Source of the DNA: a candidate division WWE3 bacterium
Lineage (GTDB): Bacteria; Patescibacteriota; WWE3; UBA101185; UBA10185
Reading direction: 5' to 3'
NCBI GenBank assembly: GCA_003599255.1
Contig: QZJF01000017.1
Location: 113,278-177,277, forward strand
Length of the DNA: 64,000 bases
In this document: positions 9,352-19,095 of the stretch, piece after piece
Layout of the letters: each line of letters starts with the position of its first letter
How positions within the stretch are numbered: position 1 is the stretch's first letter
Translations under genes and position numbers: made by a program
The notes under the pieces: generated by a model
Seen by the model: the letters and a program-made list of their open reading frames with translations, nothing else
Databases searched by the model: none
Told to the model about the DNA's origin: nothing

Positions 9352-9577
9352 CGGTGGGACATATAGTTTGTAATTTTTTTATGTCCAGCTTGTTAATTCT
9401 GGGGTCCAGTTCGACGGAAAAGCCGATGCCTTTGTCCCCCCTGCCTCTCAGTACTCTGATTAGGGAGCCCTCGAAGCCCACTTTTTGAAGTTGCCGCTGT
9501 GCTTCAAGTACGCAAAGTTCACAACCTATGCATTTATTTGGAAATGTTACTTTCAAAATCATTTTAAAATTATCCAA
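9305..9577 (-). CDS. Small ferredoxin-like 4Fe-4S protein
   Basis: CIGCELCVLEA (CxxCxxC) plus a distal ICPTG (CP) motif. Overlaps the pgk stop by 8 nt and the AOR-like gene by 47 nt, indicating translational coupling. Confidence 0.6.
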   Translation of the reverse strand: MDNFKMILKVTFPNKCIGCELCVLEAQRQLQKVGFEGSLIRVLRGRGDKGIGFSVELDPRINKLDIKKLQTICPTGVFTISEEDSDEFNQ

Positions 9578-10532
9578 GTGCTTCTATGCCTGGCAGGGTT
9601 TTCTTAACCAAGAATTCCAGCATGGATCCACCTCCTGTTGAAACGAAGCTGAACTTTTCCAAGAGTCCCACTCTGTTAGCAGCTGCCACAGTGTCTCCGC
9701 CTCCTATCAAAGAAAAACAATTTGGATTTCCTGTTATTGCCTCTGCGATGGACTTAGTACCTAAGAGATATTTATCTTTTTCGTAAAATCCCATGGGACC
9801 GGCCCATAAAACTGTTTTAGCTGTGCTTATGATATCCACATATTTGCGCACGGTTTCGGGACCTATATCTAACTGGTTTTCGGCATAGTCAAGGGGAAGT
9901 ATCAGATTTTGAGGTATTTCATCTGTCCAATCAAGTCCGATCTTTCCTCCTATTAAAACGTAATCCGCAAGCTGAATAAATTTTGAAACGGTGGGTTTTT
10001 TGCTTTCCAATTTTGCTCCCCCTATAACAACAACAAACGGTTTTTCAGGGGAGTCCAGTATTTTTGTAAGGTGTTGAATTTCTGATTCAAGTCTAAACCC
10101 CGCAAAAGCAGGAAGGATTTTCGGTAGTTGCGCAATAGAAGCGTGTCTCCTGTGCGAAGTTGAGAAATTTTCGTTTACATAAATATCTGCCTTATCTGCC
10201 AATTCCCGAGCGTATTGTTCGTCATTATTTTCTTCCCGTATGTCAAACCTCAGATTTTCCAGTAAAACATAACCGCTAGTTCCAAGCTGCGTGTCAAAAA
10301 AGCTTTTTAAATGTCTTGTACTCAATATATCGTCGACTTTACCGTGTGGGCTACCCATATGACCCCCGAAAATAGGAATACCCCCCTTTTCCACTATAAA
10401 CTTAGTGGTAGGTAGCAGGCCTTCCAGTCTGTATGTTTCTTTTATCACCCCATTTTCTATTGGGACGTCCAGGTCTGCTGCAACAAAGACCCTAGTTCCT
10501 ATTTGTATAGGTGCATCTTTAATGGATTTCAT
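9570..10532 (-). CDS. pgk: Phosphoglycerate kinase (compact form)
   Basis: RVFVAADLDVP near the N-terminus; LENLRFDIREE, GGGDT and STGGGSMLEFLVKKTLPGIEAL motifs. Short at 320 aa. Confidence 0.85.
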   Translation of the reverse strand: MKSIKDAPIQIGTRVFVAADLDVPIENGVIKETYRLEGLLPTTKFIVEKGGIPIFGGHMGSPHGKVDDILSTRHLKSFFDTQLGTSGYVLLENLRFDIREENNDEQYARELADKADIYVNENFSTSHRRHASIAQLPKILPAFAGFRLESEIQHLTKILDSPEKPFVVVIGGAKLESKKPTVSKFIQLADYVLIGGKIGLDWTDEIPQNLILPLDYAENQLDIGPETVRKYVDIISTAKTVLWAGPMGFYEKDKYLLGTKSIAEAITGNPNCFSLIGGGDTVAAANRVGLLEKFSFVSTGGGSMLEFLVKKTLPGIEALG

Positions 10533-10572
10533 ATCAGCTACATTTTATCACTTTACAGTGTGTTTTATGGAT

Positions 10573-11655
10573 TTACGCGGATGCAAGAACCGCCATTTCG
10601 ACAAGACGGTTGCTATATCCCCATTCGTTATCGTACCAGGCTAAGACCTTAACCAGATCCCCGTCAATAACCTTTGTCATACTCAGATCGCAGATAGCAG
10701 AATACGGAGTTCCCACTATATCCGACGATACAAGAGGATCGTATGTGACAGAAAGGACGTTTTTGTATTTAGGATCTTTACTCGCTTTAGAAAGAGCCTC
10801 GTTAATTTCCTCGGCGGAGGTCTTCTTTTCCACCAGCATTGTTATGTCTGAAATTGATCCGGTAACAATCGGTACGCGAATTGATATCCCGTCAAATAAT
10901 CCGGAAAGCTCAGGGATTACGGATGTTGTTGCTTTGGCCGCCCCGGTTGTAGTGGGGACCATGTTAAATGAAGCGGCTCTGGCTCTTCGCATATCGGGAT
11001 GAAGTGGGGGAGGAGGGCCATCTACTACGTTTTGTTCGGCAGTAACTGCATGAACCGTTGTCATAGCAGATTTTAGTATTTTGAAATTTTCGTGAATTAC
11101 CCGAACTACCGGGGAGATGCAATTAGTTGTGCACGAAGCATTAGATATTACATTTTGGCCAAGATATTGTTCGTCGTTTACACCCATCAGGAATGTTTGT
11201 GTTGTTCCGCCTTTTGTAGGTGCGGAAACCACAACTTTTTTTGCCCCCGATTGCACATGAACGGCAGCCGCATCGTCTTTAGTGAAACGCCCGGTGCATT
11301 CAAGGACTACATCCACCTGCATGTCCTTCCAGGGAAGCAGAGCGGGGTCTTTTTCCGACAAAACTTTGATTTTTTTATTATCGACTATCAGATAGGTTTC
11401 TTTGGCGGACTGAGAGAAAAAATCTTTACTTTGATGGAGGGTGTCTTCCATTTTAACTACTTTCCCGTCCTCTTCTAAATGCACTTCCTTGGAGAAAATG
11501 CCGTATGCGGTGTCGTATTTCAAGAGATGCGCGAGAATTCGCGGGTTTGTGAGATCGTTTATGGCAACCACTTCAACGTCCTGTCTATCGGCAGCGATCT
11601 TGAAAGAGGCTCTTCCTATTCTTCCAAATCCGTTTATGGCTATTCGGGCAGTCAT
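10573..11655 (-). CDS. gap: Glyceraldehyde-3-phosphate dehydrogenase
   Basis: INGFGRIGR Rossmann motif; active-site SNASCTTNC; C-terminal WYDNEWGYS. Confidence 0.9.
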   Translation of the reverse strand: MTARIAINGFGRIGRASFKIAADRQDVEVVAINDLTNPRILAHLLKYDTAYGIFSKEVHLEEDGKVVKMEDTLHQSKDFFSQSAKETYLIVDNKKIKVLSEKDPALLPWKDMQVDVVLECTGRFTKDDAAAVHVQSGAKKVVVSAPTKGGTTQTFLMGVNDEQYLGQNVISNASCTTNCISPVVRVIHENFKILKSAMTTVHAVTAEQNVVDGPPPPLHPDMRRARAASFNMVPTTTGAAKATTSVIPELSGLFDGISIRVPIVTGSISDITMLVEKKTSAEEINEALSKASKDPKYKNVLSVTYDPLVSSDIVGTPYSAICDLSMTKVIDGDLVKVLAWYDNEWGYSNRLVEMAVLASA

Positions 11656-11921
11656 TTATTTAAATTAGAATTTATCCAGCTGCGCAATATCTCTTTAGGC
11701 ATTGCACCGACTTTTCTGTCAATCTCCTTATCTTCCTTGAGAATTACAAAGGTAGGAATGCTGAGAACGTTGAATCTGCCGGCGGAATCCGCATCCGTTT
11801 CAACATCCACTCGTTTAAATGTTACTTTACCTTGATACTCTTTTTCTAATTCTTCGAAAATGGGCTCCATTATTTTGCAGGGGCCACACCAGTCTGCATA
11901 AAAATCTACAAGTTGAATCAT
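11652..11921 (-). CDS. trxA: Thioredoxin
   Basis: WCGPCK active site in an 89-aa protein. Stop is 2 nt from the gap start. Confidence 0.85.
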   Translation of the reverse strand: MIQLVDFYADWCGPCKIMEPIFEELEKEYQGKVTFKRVDVETDADSAGRFNVLSIPTFVILKEDKEIDRKVGAMPKEILRSWINSNLNK

Positions 11922-11937
11922 AAAAAATATAGTAATT

Positions 11938-12969
11938 TTGAACTTAGACTATGATAACATAGTCCATGTAAATCAGACCATGCTTTCTCACAGATTCTTA
12001 AGTAAAATTTTATTTTTTGTATTCTTCGGACTTATTCTATTTTTTGCAGGGTCTTTTCTGAAAAAACATTCCCGAACTATTTCTTCTCTACCGCAGTTGT
12101 CCGGAAAAGTATCTTTAATTAATACCGAAACAGCCGCATATTACAATTCTTTAAATAATAAATACGATCCTGAGCTCGGGTGGGTTCTTGCAAAAAAAGA
12201 CATTCAGTACGGTGACGACATGGTTGTTGCAGAAGCCGCTTTACTTTTTAATGCGGACACTGGTGAGATTTTGTATCAAAAAAATTCTTCCGCAAAACTT
12301 AGAATAGCAAGTCTGGTAAAAATAATGACCGCTGTTGTGGCTTTAGAACATGGTAATTTAAATAAGGAGATTACTGTATCGGATAAAGCAGCATCTATTG
12401 GGGAAAACTCTATGGGCATAAGTTCAGGGGAAATCTATTCTCTGGAAGAATTGTTGTACGGTTTGTTGTTGAATTCAGGAAACGATGCAGCATACGCAAT
12501 TGCGGAGGGAATCGCGGGCGACTCACAAGAGTTTGTAAAATGGATGAATATTAAAGCAAAAGAACTAGGACTCTCAAATACATTCTTTGCAGACCCAAGC
12601 GGATTGGACGATACGACTCTAAGTACCACGGACGATTTGGGCAGATTATCCAGGTATGCCATGAAGAATCCGGATTTCAGACGGATAGTAAAAACAACCG
12701 ACATAATTCTGACTTCCGATAGTCACAAGTATCTCTATCTGGAAAATCAAACCAATCTTTTAACTACGTATCCCGGGGTGCAGGGAATAAAAACGGGCTT
12801 CACAGAAGAAGCTGGGCTATGTCTTGTAACTTACGCTGTAAATGAAGGAAAGGAATTAATAGGAGTTGTGCTTAACAGTATAGACAGAAAAGGAGATATG
12901 ATTTTAATGTTGGATCATGGTTTTTCACAGTACGGTATACACGTTGAGCATAATTTACTCGACTATTGA
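11938..12969 (+). CDS. D-alanyl-D-alanine carboxypeptidase (peptidase S11 / PBP5-like)
   Basis: SxxK (ASLVKIM), SGN (LNSGNDAA) and KTG (IKTGFTEEAG) motifs, with an N-terminal signal/anchor. Confidence 0.75.
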   Translation: MNLDYDNIVHVNQTMLSHRFLSKILFFVFFGLILFFAGSFLKKHSRTISSLPQLSGKVSLINTETAAYYNSLNNKYDPELGWVLAKKDIQYGDDMVVAEAALLFNADTGEILYQKNSSAKLRIASLVKIMTAVVALEHGNLNKEITVSDKAASIGENSMGISSGEIYSLEELLYGLLLNSGNDAAYAIAEGIAGDSQEFVKWMNIKAKELGLSNTFFADPSGLDDTTLSTTDDLGRLSRYAMKNPDFRRIVKTTDIILTSDSHKYLYLENQTNLLTTYPGVQGIKTGFTEEAGLCLVTYAVNEGKELIGVVLNSIDRKGDMILMLDHGFSQYGIHVEHNLLDY

Positions 12970-13431
12970 AATTTTATCGCCAATCTTTAAGTTATTCCTA
13001 AGAGTCCACCCACCGTTGAGCTCTAGCACGTAGAGAGCCGGTTTAACAGGTGAATACGTGGGACAGTTAGATTCCTTACATGGAGGAGTTTCCGATGAAA
13101 TGTCTACTATGGAAAATTCTCTGTCAAGCCAAATAATATCCAGCGGGATGACGGTGTTTTTCATCCAGAATGAATGGTGACCTTCGGCCTCAAATATAAA
13201 AAGCATACCTTCGTTTTCCGGTAAGTTTTGGATAAACATTAATCCCCGCGATCTTTTTTCAGGGGTGTTTGCAATTTCTGCTATAACGGATTTATCGGCA
13301 ACATTGATTGTTACGAACCTTCTTAGTTTTTGTTCCGTTTCCCGACCGTGTCCGTTTGTTAAAAAAAATATACTGAGTACAAGAACAAGAGGAACTGCCA
13401 ATGTTAATACTAATAAGTACTTAATTTTCAT
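12955..13431 (-). CDS. DUF192 family protein (secreted)
   Basis: Signal peptide, then GLMF...MLFIFE...FWMKNTVIPLDIIWLD...IV, which matches the DUF192 (COG1430) pattern. Confidence 0.55.
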   Translation of the reverse strand: MKIKYLLVLTLAVPLVLVLSIFFLTNGHGRETEQKLRRFVTINVADKSVIAEIANTPEKRSRGLMFIQNLPENEGMLFIFEAEGHHSFWMKNTVIPLDIIWLDREFSIVDISSETPPCKESNCPTYSPVKPALYVLELNGGWTLRNNLKIGDKISIVE

Positions 13432-13933
13432 TTTTTCTCTTTATGTTAAAGCGCAGAAACCAATTAGGGTTTATTTCCTTAAAAAATAAGAAGTCTTCGA
13501 CAATATCATACATATAGTGCAGACTCCATGATAAAAAAACTACTGAAAGAGAAGGGCTGTCTCTTGTCAGCCCGGCCAACCAAAACAACAAAAGCACAAA
13601 TAGGAGGGTCATTAGATTATGAGAATATATACCGGTGTTGTATTTATGATTTCTCTTTAAATATGCAACAAGTGCCTTTATTTCTCTATCAGCAATATAT
13701 TTTTTGACAGTTCTTGTGTAATCTGATTTAGCTCCATACCAAAGAAAGTAGAATAAATGATCAATATCCGGAAGAATATTTGCCAAAAAGCCGAGAGCGA
13801 GCATTTTGTTTAGATTTGATTCAGGGTAAATGGACTTTATTGCAAGTCCGCTCATCACGCCTAAAACAGCGTGTATTGACATGTGATATTTCTCGCTTTT
13901 TTGTCGCAGGAATGAAATCATTTTTTTTCGCAT
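13421..13933 (-). CDS. Membrane protein, possibly a DUF457/YdjM-like metal-dependent hydrolase
   Basis: HAVLG...LPDIDHL resembles the His/Asp signature of membrane-bound metal-dependent hydrolases. Several TM helices. Confidence 0.3.
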   Translation of the reverse strand: MRKKMISFLRQKSEKYHMSIHAVLGVMSGLAIKSIYPESNLNKMLALGFLANILPDIDHLFYFLWYGAKSDYTRTVKKYIADREIKALVAYLKRNHKYNTGIYSHNLMTLLFVLLLFWLAGLTRDSPSLSVVFLSWSLHYMYDIVEDFLFFKEINPNWFLRFNIKRKNEN

Positions 13934-13976
13934 TGACTAATTATAACTGTGGTCTCATGAATGATAAAATCGACAG

Positions 13977-14609
13977 GTGAATATTATCTTTGATTTTGAC
14001 GGAACAATTTCAGATTCCATGTTGCCTTCGATAAGACACATTGCAAAATGGGTCCCGGGGGTTGACGTGGACGAGTTTATACGAGGGGAACTGGAAGACT
14101 TTCGCGATAGAACAATTCAGGAGAATCTGTCTTTCTTTAAAATTTCAAAGATCAGATTTGCCATAATGTATTTTTTGTACAAAAACGAAATGGAGGATGG
14201 TGTGGGGGAAACAAAGATCTTCGACGGTATGCGGGCCGTTTTAGATCAACTCAGTAGGATGGGACACTCACTGTTTATTGTTACTTCCCATTCAAAAAAG
14301 AATGTTGAAGACTTTCTCATGAGAAACAATATCTCTGTTTTTAAACACGTATATTCGTCCAAAGCCTTGTTCGGAAAGCATCGTTTACTGAAAAAACTCT
14401 TCTTGGAATACAAGACCGGGGCAGATAACAGTGTGTACGTTGGGGACGAAGTGAGGGATATTCAGGCATGTAAAAAAGCCGGCGTACGCATAATTTCCGT
14501 GACGTGGGGATATAACTCAAAAAAACTGCTTGAAAGATATAGTCCGGATTTTATCGCGGAATCCCCCGCGGATATTTTGGAACTGGTAAGTCAGATGCGC
14601 ATGATATGA
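13977..14609 (+). CDS. HAD-superfamily hydrolase (phosphoglycolate phosphatase-like)
   Basis: Motif I FDFDGT at residues 5-10. The C-terminal YVGDEVRDIQACKKAGVRIISVTWGY is typical of HAD-IA. Confidence 0.7.
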   Translation: MNIIFDFDGTISDSMLPSIRHIAKWVPGVDVDEFIRGELEDFRDRTIQENLSFFKISKIRFAIMYFLYKNEMEDGVGETKIFDGMRAVLDQLSRMGHSLFIVTSHSKKNVEDFLMRNNISVFKHVYSSKALFGKHRLLKKLFLEYKTGADNSVYVGDEVRDIQACKKAGVRIISVTWGYNSKKLLERYSPDFIAESPADILELVSQMRMI

Positions 14610-14616
14610 TAGCTAC

Positions 14617-16557
14617 ATGTCCGATGCCTCCGAAATTTTTTCAGACCTGAATGACCAGCAAATAGCGGCCGCAATGCATTTGGATGGCCCTGCTCTTGTT
14701 GTTGCCGGACCTGGAAGCGGAAAAACCCGGTTACTTACCCATCGAATTGCTTATTTAATCAAGGAAAGAGAAATTTCAGAAAATCATATTTTATGTGTGA
14801 CTTTCACCAACAAAGCCGCATCGGAAATTCGCACACGCGTTGAAAATCTTCTTGAGTCAAATTTTAAATTAAGCTGGAGCGGAACGTTCCATTCCATATG
14901 CGCTAGAATCCTGAGAATTGACGGTAGAGAAATAGGTGTTCCGCAATCCTTTGTTATTTATGATAAAGACGATCAGGCAAATCTTATAAAAGGAATCATT
15001 AAAGATTTCGGAATTGATTCAAAAAAATTTTCTCCTAACGCATTGTTGTCAGCTATCTCAAGTGCAAAATCCGAACTGGTCTCCGCCGCATCATATAGGG
15101 ATTATGCTCAAGGTTATTTTCAAAAGACTGTTGCAAGTATTTATCCCGAGTACCAAAAAAGACTCCAGATGAATCAAGCTTTGGATTTTGACGACTTGTT
15201 GGTGAGAACGATTGATCTGTTTAGTAATGTGCCGGCTGTATTGAATAAGTACCAAAGAATATTTAAATATATTTTGGTGGATGAATATCAGGATACGAAC
15301 AAAGCACAATACGTATTAACAAAAATGCTGGCCGAATCCCACAAAAATCTATTTGTGGTAGGGGACATGTCGCAGGCGATTTATAGTTTTAGGGGGGCTG
15401 ATTTCAGAAACATTCTTAATTTCCAGAACGATTATCCTGAAGCAAAGGTTTACAACTTGGAGCAAAATTACAGGTCTTCTCAAAATATACTGGATGCAGC
15501 CAAAAACATTATCAAAAATAATTCCACATACATACCTCTGGATTTGTGGACCCGTAATGGCGACGGAGAAAAACTTCTGGTATTTACTGCAGGGTCGGAC
15601 AGGGAAGAAGCGGAATTTGTTTCCACAAAAGTAATTGAGGAAGTAGTTTCCGGAAAGAATTTCCGGGACATTGCAGTCTTATACAGAACTAATGCCCAAT
15701 CCAGAAACATAGAAGAAAATCTGCTTAGAAATAATATTCCGTATAGGATAGTTGGAGGACTGAGGTTTTATTCTAGAAAAGAGATCAAGGATATTATCGG
15801 TTTTTTGAGAGTCATATATAATCCAAATGATTCAGTTTCCTGGGAAAGGGTAATAAACATTCCACCAAGAGGCATAGGCCAGAAATCGGTGGAAGTATTT
15901 AAGAAAAATAACTGGAATATTACGGAAGTCGAAATGCGCACGGGTCTGCCCTTTTCGGAATGGCATAAAAGTATAGAGACTTTTTCAACACTGGAGCTTA
16001 TGGAGGAAGTCCTGGAAAAAGTAGGCTATGTAAAATGGATCGACGACGGGACAGATGAAAGTAAACAGCGGATTGAAAACATTATGGAATTAAAATCAGT
16101 CGCGGCTCAGTTTGTTGAACTTAAGGATTTTTTGGAGAACGTATCGCTGATTGAAAGCACCGACAAGCCCTCATCAGATGAATATAATGCCGTGACGTTG
16201 ATGACAGTTCATGCTTCAAAAGGCCTGGAGTTTTCTACGGTCTTTATGGTTGGTATGGAGGAAAAACTTTTTCCGCATGTACAATCACTGGGGGAGATTG
16301 ATGAACTGGAAGAAGAACGAAGATTATGCTATGTGGCCGTAACCAGAGCCAAAGAAAAGCTTTATCTTACCCACGCATCTACCAGACTTTATTTTGGGGA
16401 TATCCAAGCAAACCTGCCCAGCAGATTTTTGGCTGAAATTCCGGAACACCTTATAATGTATTTCGGTTCTACTCATGGACAGAGCAGACCGTATAAAGAC
16501 GTCGAGGATTATCTGGATGATTTGGAGTACAGCCGAAAAAATTTTAACTGGAATTAA
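14617..16557 (+). CDS. pcrA: UvrD/PcrA/Rep family ATP-dependent DNA helicase
   Basis: Walker A (GPGSGKTRLL), motif Ia (TFTNKAA), DEYQDTN and FRGA, and motifs V/VI in the C-terminal half (TVHASKGLEF, YVAVTRAK). Confidence 0.85.
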   Translation: MSDASEIFSDLNDQQIAAAMHLDGPALVVAGPGSGKTRLLTHRIAYLIKEREISENHILCVTFTNKAASEIRTRVENLLESNFKLSWSGTFHSICARILRIDGREIGVPQSFVIYDKDDQANLIKGIIKDFGIDSKKFSPNALLSAISSAKSELVSAASYRDYAQGYFQKTVASIYPEYQKRLQMNQALDFDDLLVRTIDLFSNVPAVLNKYQRIFKYILVDEYQDTNKAQYVLTKMLAESHKNLFVVGDMSQAIYSFRGADFRNILNFQNDYPEAKVYNLEQNYRSSQNILDAAKNIIKNNSTYIPLDLWTRNGDGEKLLVFTAGSDREEAEFVSTKVIEEVVSGKNFRDIAVLYRTNAQSRNIEENLLRNNIPYRIVGGLRFYSRKEIKDIIGFLRVIYNPNDSVSWERVINIPPRGIGQKSVEVFKKNNWNITEVEMRTGLPFSEWHKSIETFSTLELMEEVLEKVGYVKWIDDGTDESKQRIENIMELKSVAAQFVELKDFLENVSLIESTDKPSSDEYNAVTLMTVHASKGLEFSTVFMVGMEEKLFPHVQSLGEIDELEEERRLCYVAVTRAKEKLYLTHASTRLYFGDIQANLPSRFLAEIPEHLIMYFGSTHGQSRPYKDVEDYLDDLEYSRKNFNWN

Positions 16558-16558
16558 A

Positions 16559-17299
16559 ATGAAGCCTTATATACTTTATATAATTGCAACGCCGTTGTTT
16601 TTGTTTAGGGCACACTTTGCCGTAACCGATACGGATGTATTGGGAATCACCGATATTAGAGCAAACGCCGAAACATTTTCGGAACACGACATCGAAATTA
16701 ATACAACTTCCAGCTTCCAACAGGAAGAAATAATCGAAACCGAATCGTTACCCTTTGAAATCGTGTACAAAGACGACGATGAGACCGAGTACGGTCAGGA
16801 AGCAGTGTTGCAGGAAGGGGAGGAAGGAAGAAAGGAATACAAATATCTTGTTACTTACTGGTTTGACGAAGAAATCTATCGTAATTTGGTGGATACGCAA
16901 GTATATGAACCCAAGGACGAAATTATAGCCAAAGGCACTAAAATAGTCTGGAGGCCAGTAAATACGGATCAAGGTACGTTCAATTATTGGTACAAGCTGC
17001 GAGTGTGGGCTACAAAATACGATGGCAATTGTGATGGCTGCAGGGGTTTAACGTACAGCGGAACACCGGTGAGAAAAGGAGTTTGCGCAGTTGATCCTAA
17101 AGTGATTCCGTTGGGTACTAACTTTTATGTGGTAGGTTACGGAATGTGTCGAAGTGAAGACATAGGCGGAGCTATAAAAGGCAATAGAATTGATCTGGGA
17201 TATGAAGATGTAATGAAAGGCAGTTGGCGAACCGGTTGGACTGACGTTTACCTTTTAACCAACTCGCCGGAAGGTGATGGAGATTTTTACGATCGATAG
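16559..17299 (+). CDS. G5-domain plus 3D-domain cell-wall protein (YabE/RpfB-like architecture)
   Basis: The ATG at 16559 lies 2 nt after the helicase stop; the track's longer ORF starting at 16475 overlaps the helicase and is rejected. Signal/anchor, a G5-like segment (EIVYKDDDETEYGQEAVLQEGEEGRKEYKYLVTYWFDEE...KGTK), and a C-terminal 3D domain (DPKVIPLGTNFYVVGYG...DIGGAIKGNRIDL). Confidence 0.65.
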   Translation: MKPYILYIIATPLFLFRAHFAVTDTDVLGITDIRANAETFSEHDIEINTTSSFQQEEIIETESLPFEIVYKDDDETEYGQEAVLQEGEEGRKEYKYLVTYWFDEEIYRNLVDTQVYEPKDEIIAKGTKIVWRPVNTDQGTFNYWYKLRVWATKYDGNCDGCRGLTYSGTPVRKGVCAVDPKVIPLGTNFYVVGYGMCRSEDIGGAIKGNRIDLGYEDVMKGSWRTGWTDVYLLTNSPEGDGDFYDR

Positions 17300-17333
17300 T
17301 TTAATTTCCCGCTGAAATGAACTCTGCCCCAGT

Positions 17334-18131
17334 GTGAGATATAATTTAGCTGTGTACGAAGCAAACAAAAACCTTGGGCAAAATTTTTTGCTTGATTATG
17401 AAATAGCGCAGAAACTTATCGACTTGCTCGAGATAAATACGGGCGAAGTTGTTGTAGAAATCGGAGCCGGTTTGGGCGCTTTAACTGAACAGTTGGCAAA
17501 AAAAATGGATTCAATGGATTTTACCGCGTACGCACTGGAAATAGATTCAAGGTTTATTCCCAAGCTGGAAAGCATGTTTGTGGATAGAGAAAAATTGTTT
17601 ATTGAAGATGCTGACGTTCTTTCTTGGTTACCGGAATTTGAAACCGACAAACCGCTAAGAATTCTAGGAGCGCTTCCATTCTATATTACTTCTCCGATAC
17701 TTCACGCCACGGTTAAAATGCACACTCCCCCAAAATCTGCAGTTTTTGTTGTTCAAAAAGAAGTCGGAGAGAAGATTTCCAGTAAAGTGCCGGATGCATC
17801 CTATCTTTCCACCTTTGTTCAAACGTTTTTCGAGGTTACATACGTTGATGAAATTTCCAGAAAATTATTTGATCCCCAACCAAACGTAGACGGGGCTATT
17901 ATTGTTTTAAAATTGCTGGAAGATTACCCGTCGGATATCGATAAGGAAAAATACGAGGGATTTTTACACAGAGCCTTTTCGAATCCACGAAAAATGCTCA
18001 ACAAGGCATTTGCGGCCGAAGATCTTGAACGCGGAGGCATTGACCCTTCTTTAAGGGCAGAGGCAGTACCTGTGGAAAAATGGGTCAGTTTTTTCCGGTT
18101 TTTTTCATCCGCGGGAAGTGATAAGAAATGA
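17334..18131 (+). CDS. rsmA: 16S rRNA (adenine1518/1519-N6)-dimethyltransferase
   Basis: LGQNFL motif and the SAM-binding EIGAGLGALT motif. Confidence 0.8.
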   Translation: MRYNLAVYEANKNLGQNFLLDYEIAQKLIDLLEINTGEVVVEIGAGLGALTEQLAKKMDSMDFTAYALEIDSRFIPKLESMFVDREKLFIEDADVLSWLPEFETDKPLRILGALPFYITSPILHATVKMHTPPKSAVFVVQKEVGEKISSKVPDASYLSTFVQTFFEVTYVDEISRKLFDPQPNVDGAIIVLKLLEDYPSDIDKEKYEGFLHRAFSNPRKMLNKAFAAEDLERGGIDPSLRAEAVPVEKWVSFFRFFSSAGSDKK

Positions 18132-18964
18132 AATTAAGTGTAATAATACCCACCTTAAATGAAGAAGCTTATATTGGACTGCTTTTGGAATGTCTTACGA
18201 ATCAAACTCTTAAGGATTTTGAAGTACTTATTGTGGACGGAAATTCAACCGATGGAACTAAGGACAAGGCCTTGCAATACCAAGGTTTGCTGGATATTAA
18301 ATTTATTAACGCGGGAAAGAAAGGAGTGTCTTTACAGAGGAATCTGGGAGAAAAACACGCTAATACAGGACATCTGCTATTTATGGATGCCGACGGTTAT
18401 ATAGAAGACGATTTTCTGGAAAAAATATACAAATACATAAGACAACACACTGATGTGGACATATTGACCACTTGGGTAGCTCCCTTATCAGATAAGAAAC
18501 GGGACAAAATAATTTTCTATGCCTACAATCAGTTTTATTTGGATATCGTAAAGTATTGGAAACCTGCCGGTGGCGGCGCGTTTATGTATGTTAAAAGGAA
18601 AGCGTTTAGGGAAGTAGGGGGTTTTGACGAGAAGATAGTTTTGGCTGAAGATCATGATCTGATCGTTAGAATGCACAAAAAGGGTTACAAGTACAAATTG
18701 TTAAAGCGTCCGGATATTAAGACATCAATACGACGTTTGGAAAAACAGGGAAGACTTAAGTATATATGGAGTCTAGGAAGAAGTGCGGCATATTTTCACC
18801 TGGTGGGCCCGATTCAGGATTACAATCTTTTTAAGTATGTTATGGAGGGCGGATCGACTTATGAAGGCGTTAAAATAAATTTGGATTTCCTGAAAGACAA
18901 AAAGTTCGGGGCCCGGAAACCGGCGAAAAAATCTGAAAACGATTCTTCGGAAGGTATATCCTAG
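18128..18964 (+). CDS. Glycosyltransferase family 2
   Basis: SVIIPTLNEE...LIVDGNSTDGT...DAD, the canonical GT-A N-terminus. Confidence 0.75.
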   Translation: MKLSVIIPTLNEEAYIGLLLECLTNQTLKDFEVLIVDGNSTDGTKDKALQYQGLLDIKFINAGKKGVSLQRNLGEKHANTGHLLFMDADGYIEDDFLEKIYKYIRQHTDVDILTTWVAPLSDKKRDKIIFYAYNQFYLDIVKYWKPAGGGAFMYVKRKAFREVGGFDEKIVLAEDHDLIVRMHKKGYKYKLLKRPDIKTSIRRLEKQGRLKYIWSLGRSAAYFHLVGPIQDYNLFKYVMEGGSTYEGVKINLDFLKDKKFGARKPAKKSENDSSEGIS

Positions 18965-19095
18965 GCCCCACACCGGAGCGGATTTACCCTTCCGGTTGAA
19001 CTCTCTCTTGCCCCCGTCCATTTAGGACGCGGAAATATATTAATTTTCTTAAAAATAACCTATAAAGCCTTTAACGTCAATGTTATACTCAGGGC

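Noticed and set aside
16475-16558. N-terminal 28 codons of the G5/3D protein ORF (start at 16475)
   Set aside because: They overlap the PcrA helicase 3' end in another frame. An ATG lying 2 nt after the helicase stop gives a sensible signal-peptide start.
18773-19021. 82-aa minus-strand ORF overlapping the GT2 C-terminus
   Set aside because: Antisense to a well-supported GT2 gene; Arg/Phe-rich low-complexity translation and no RBS.
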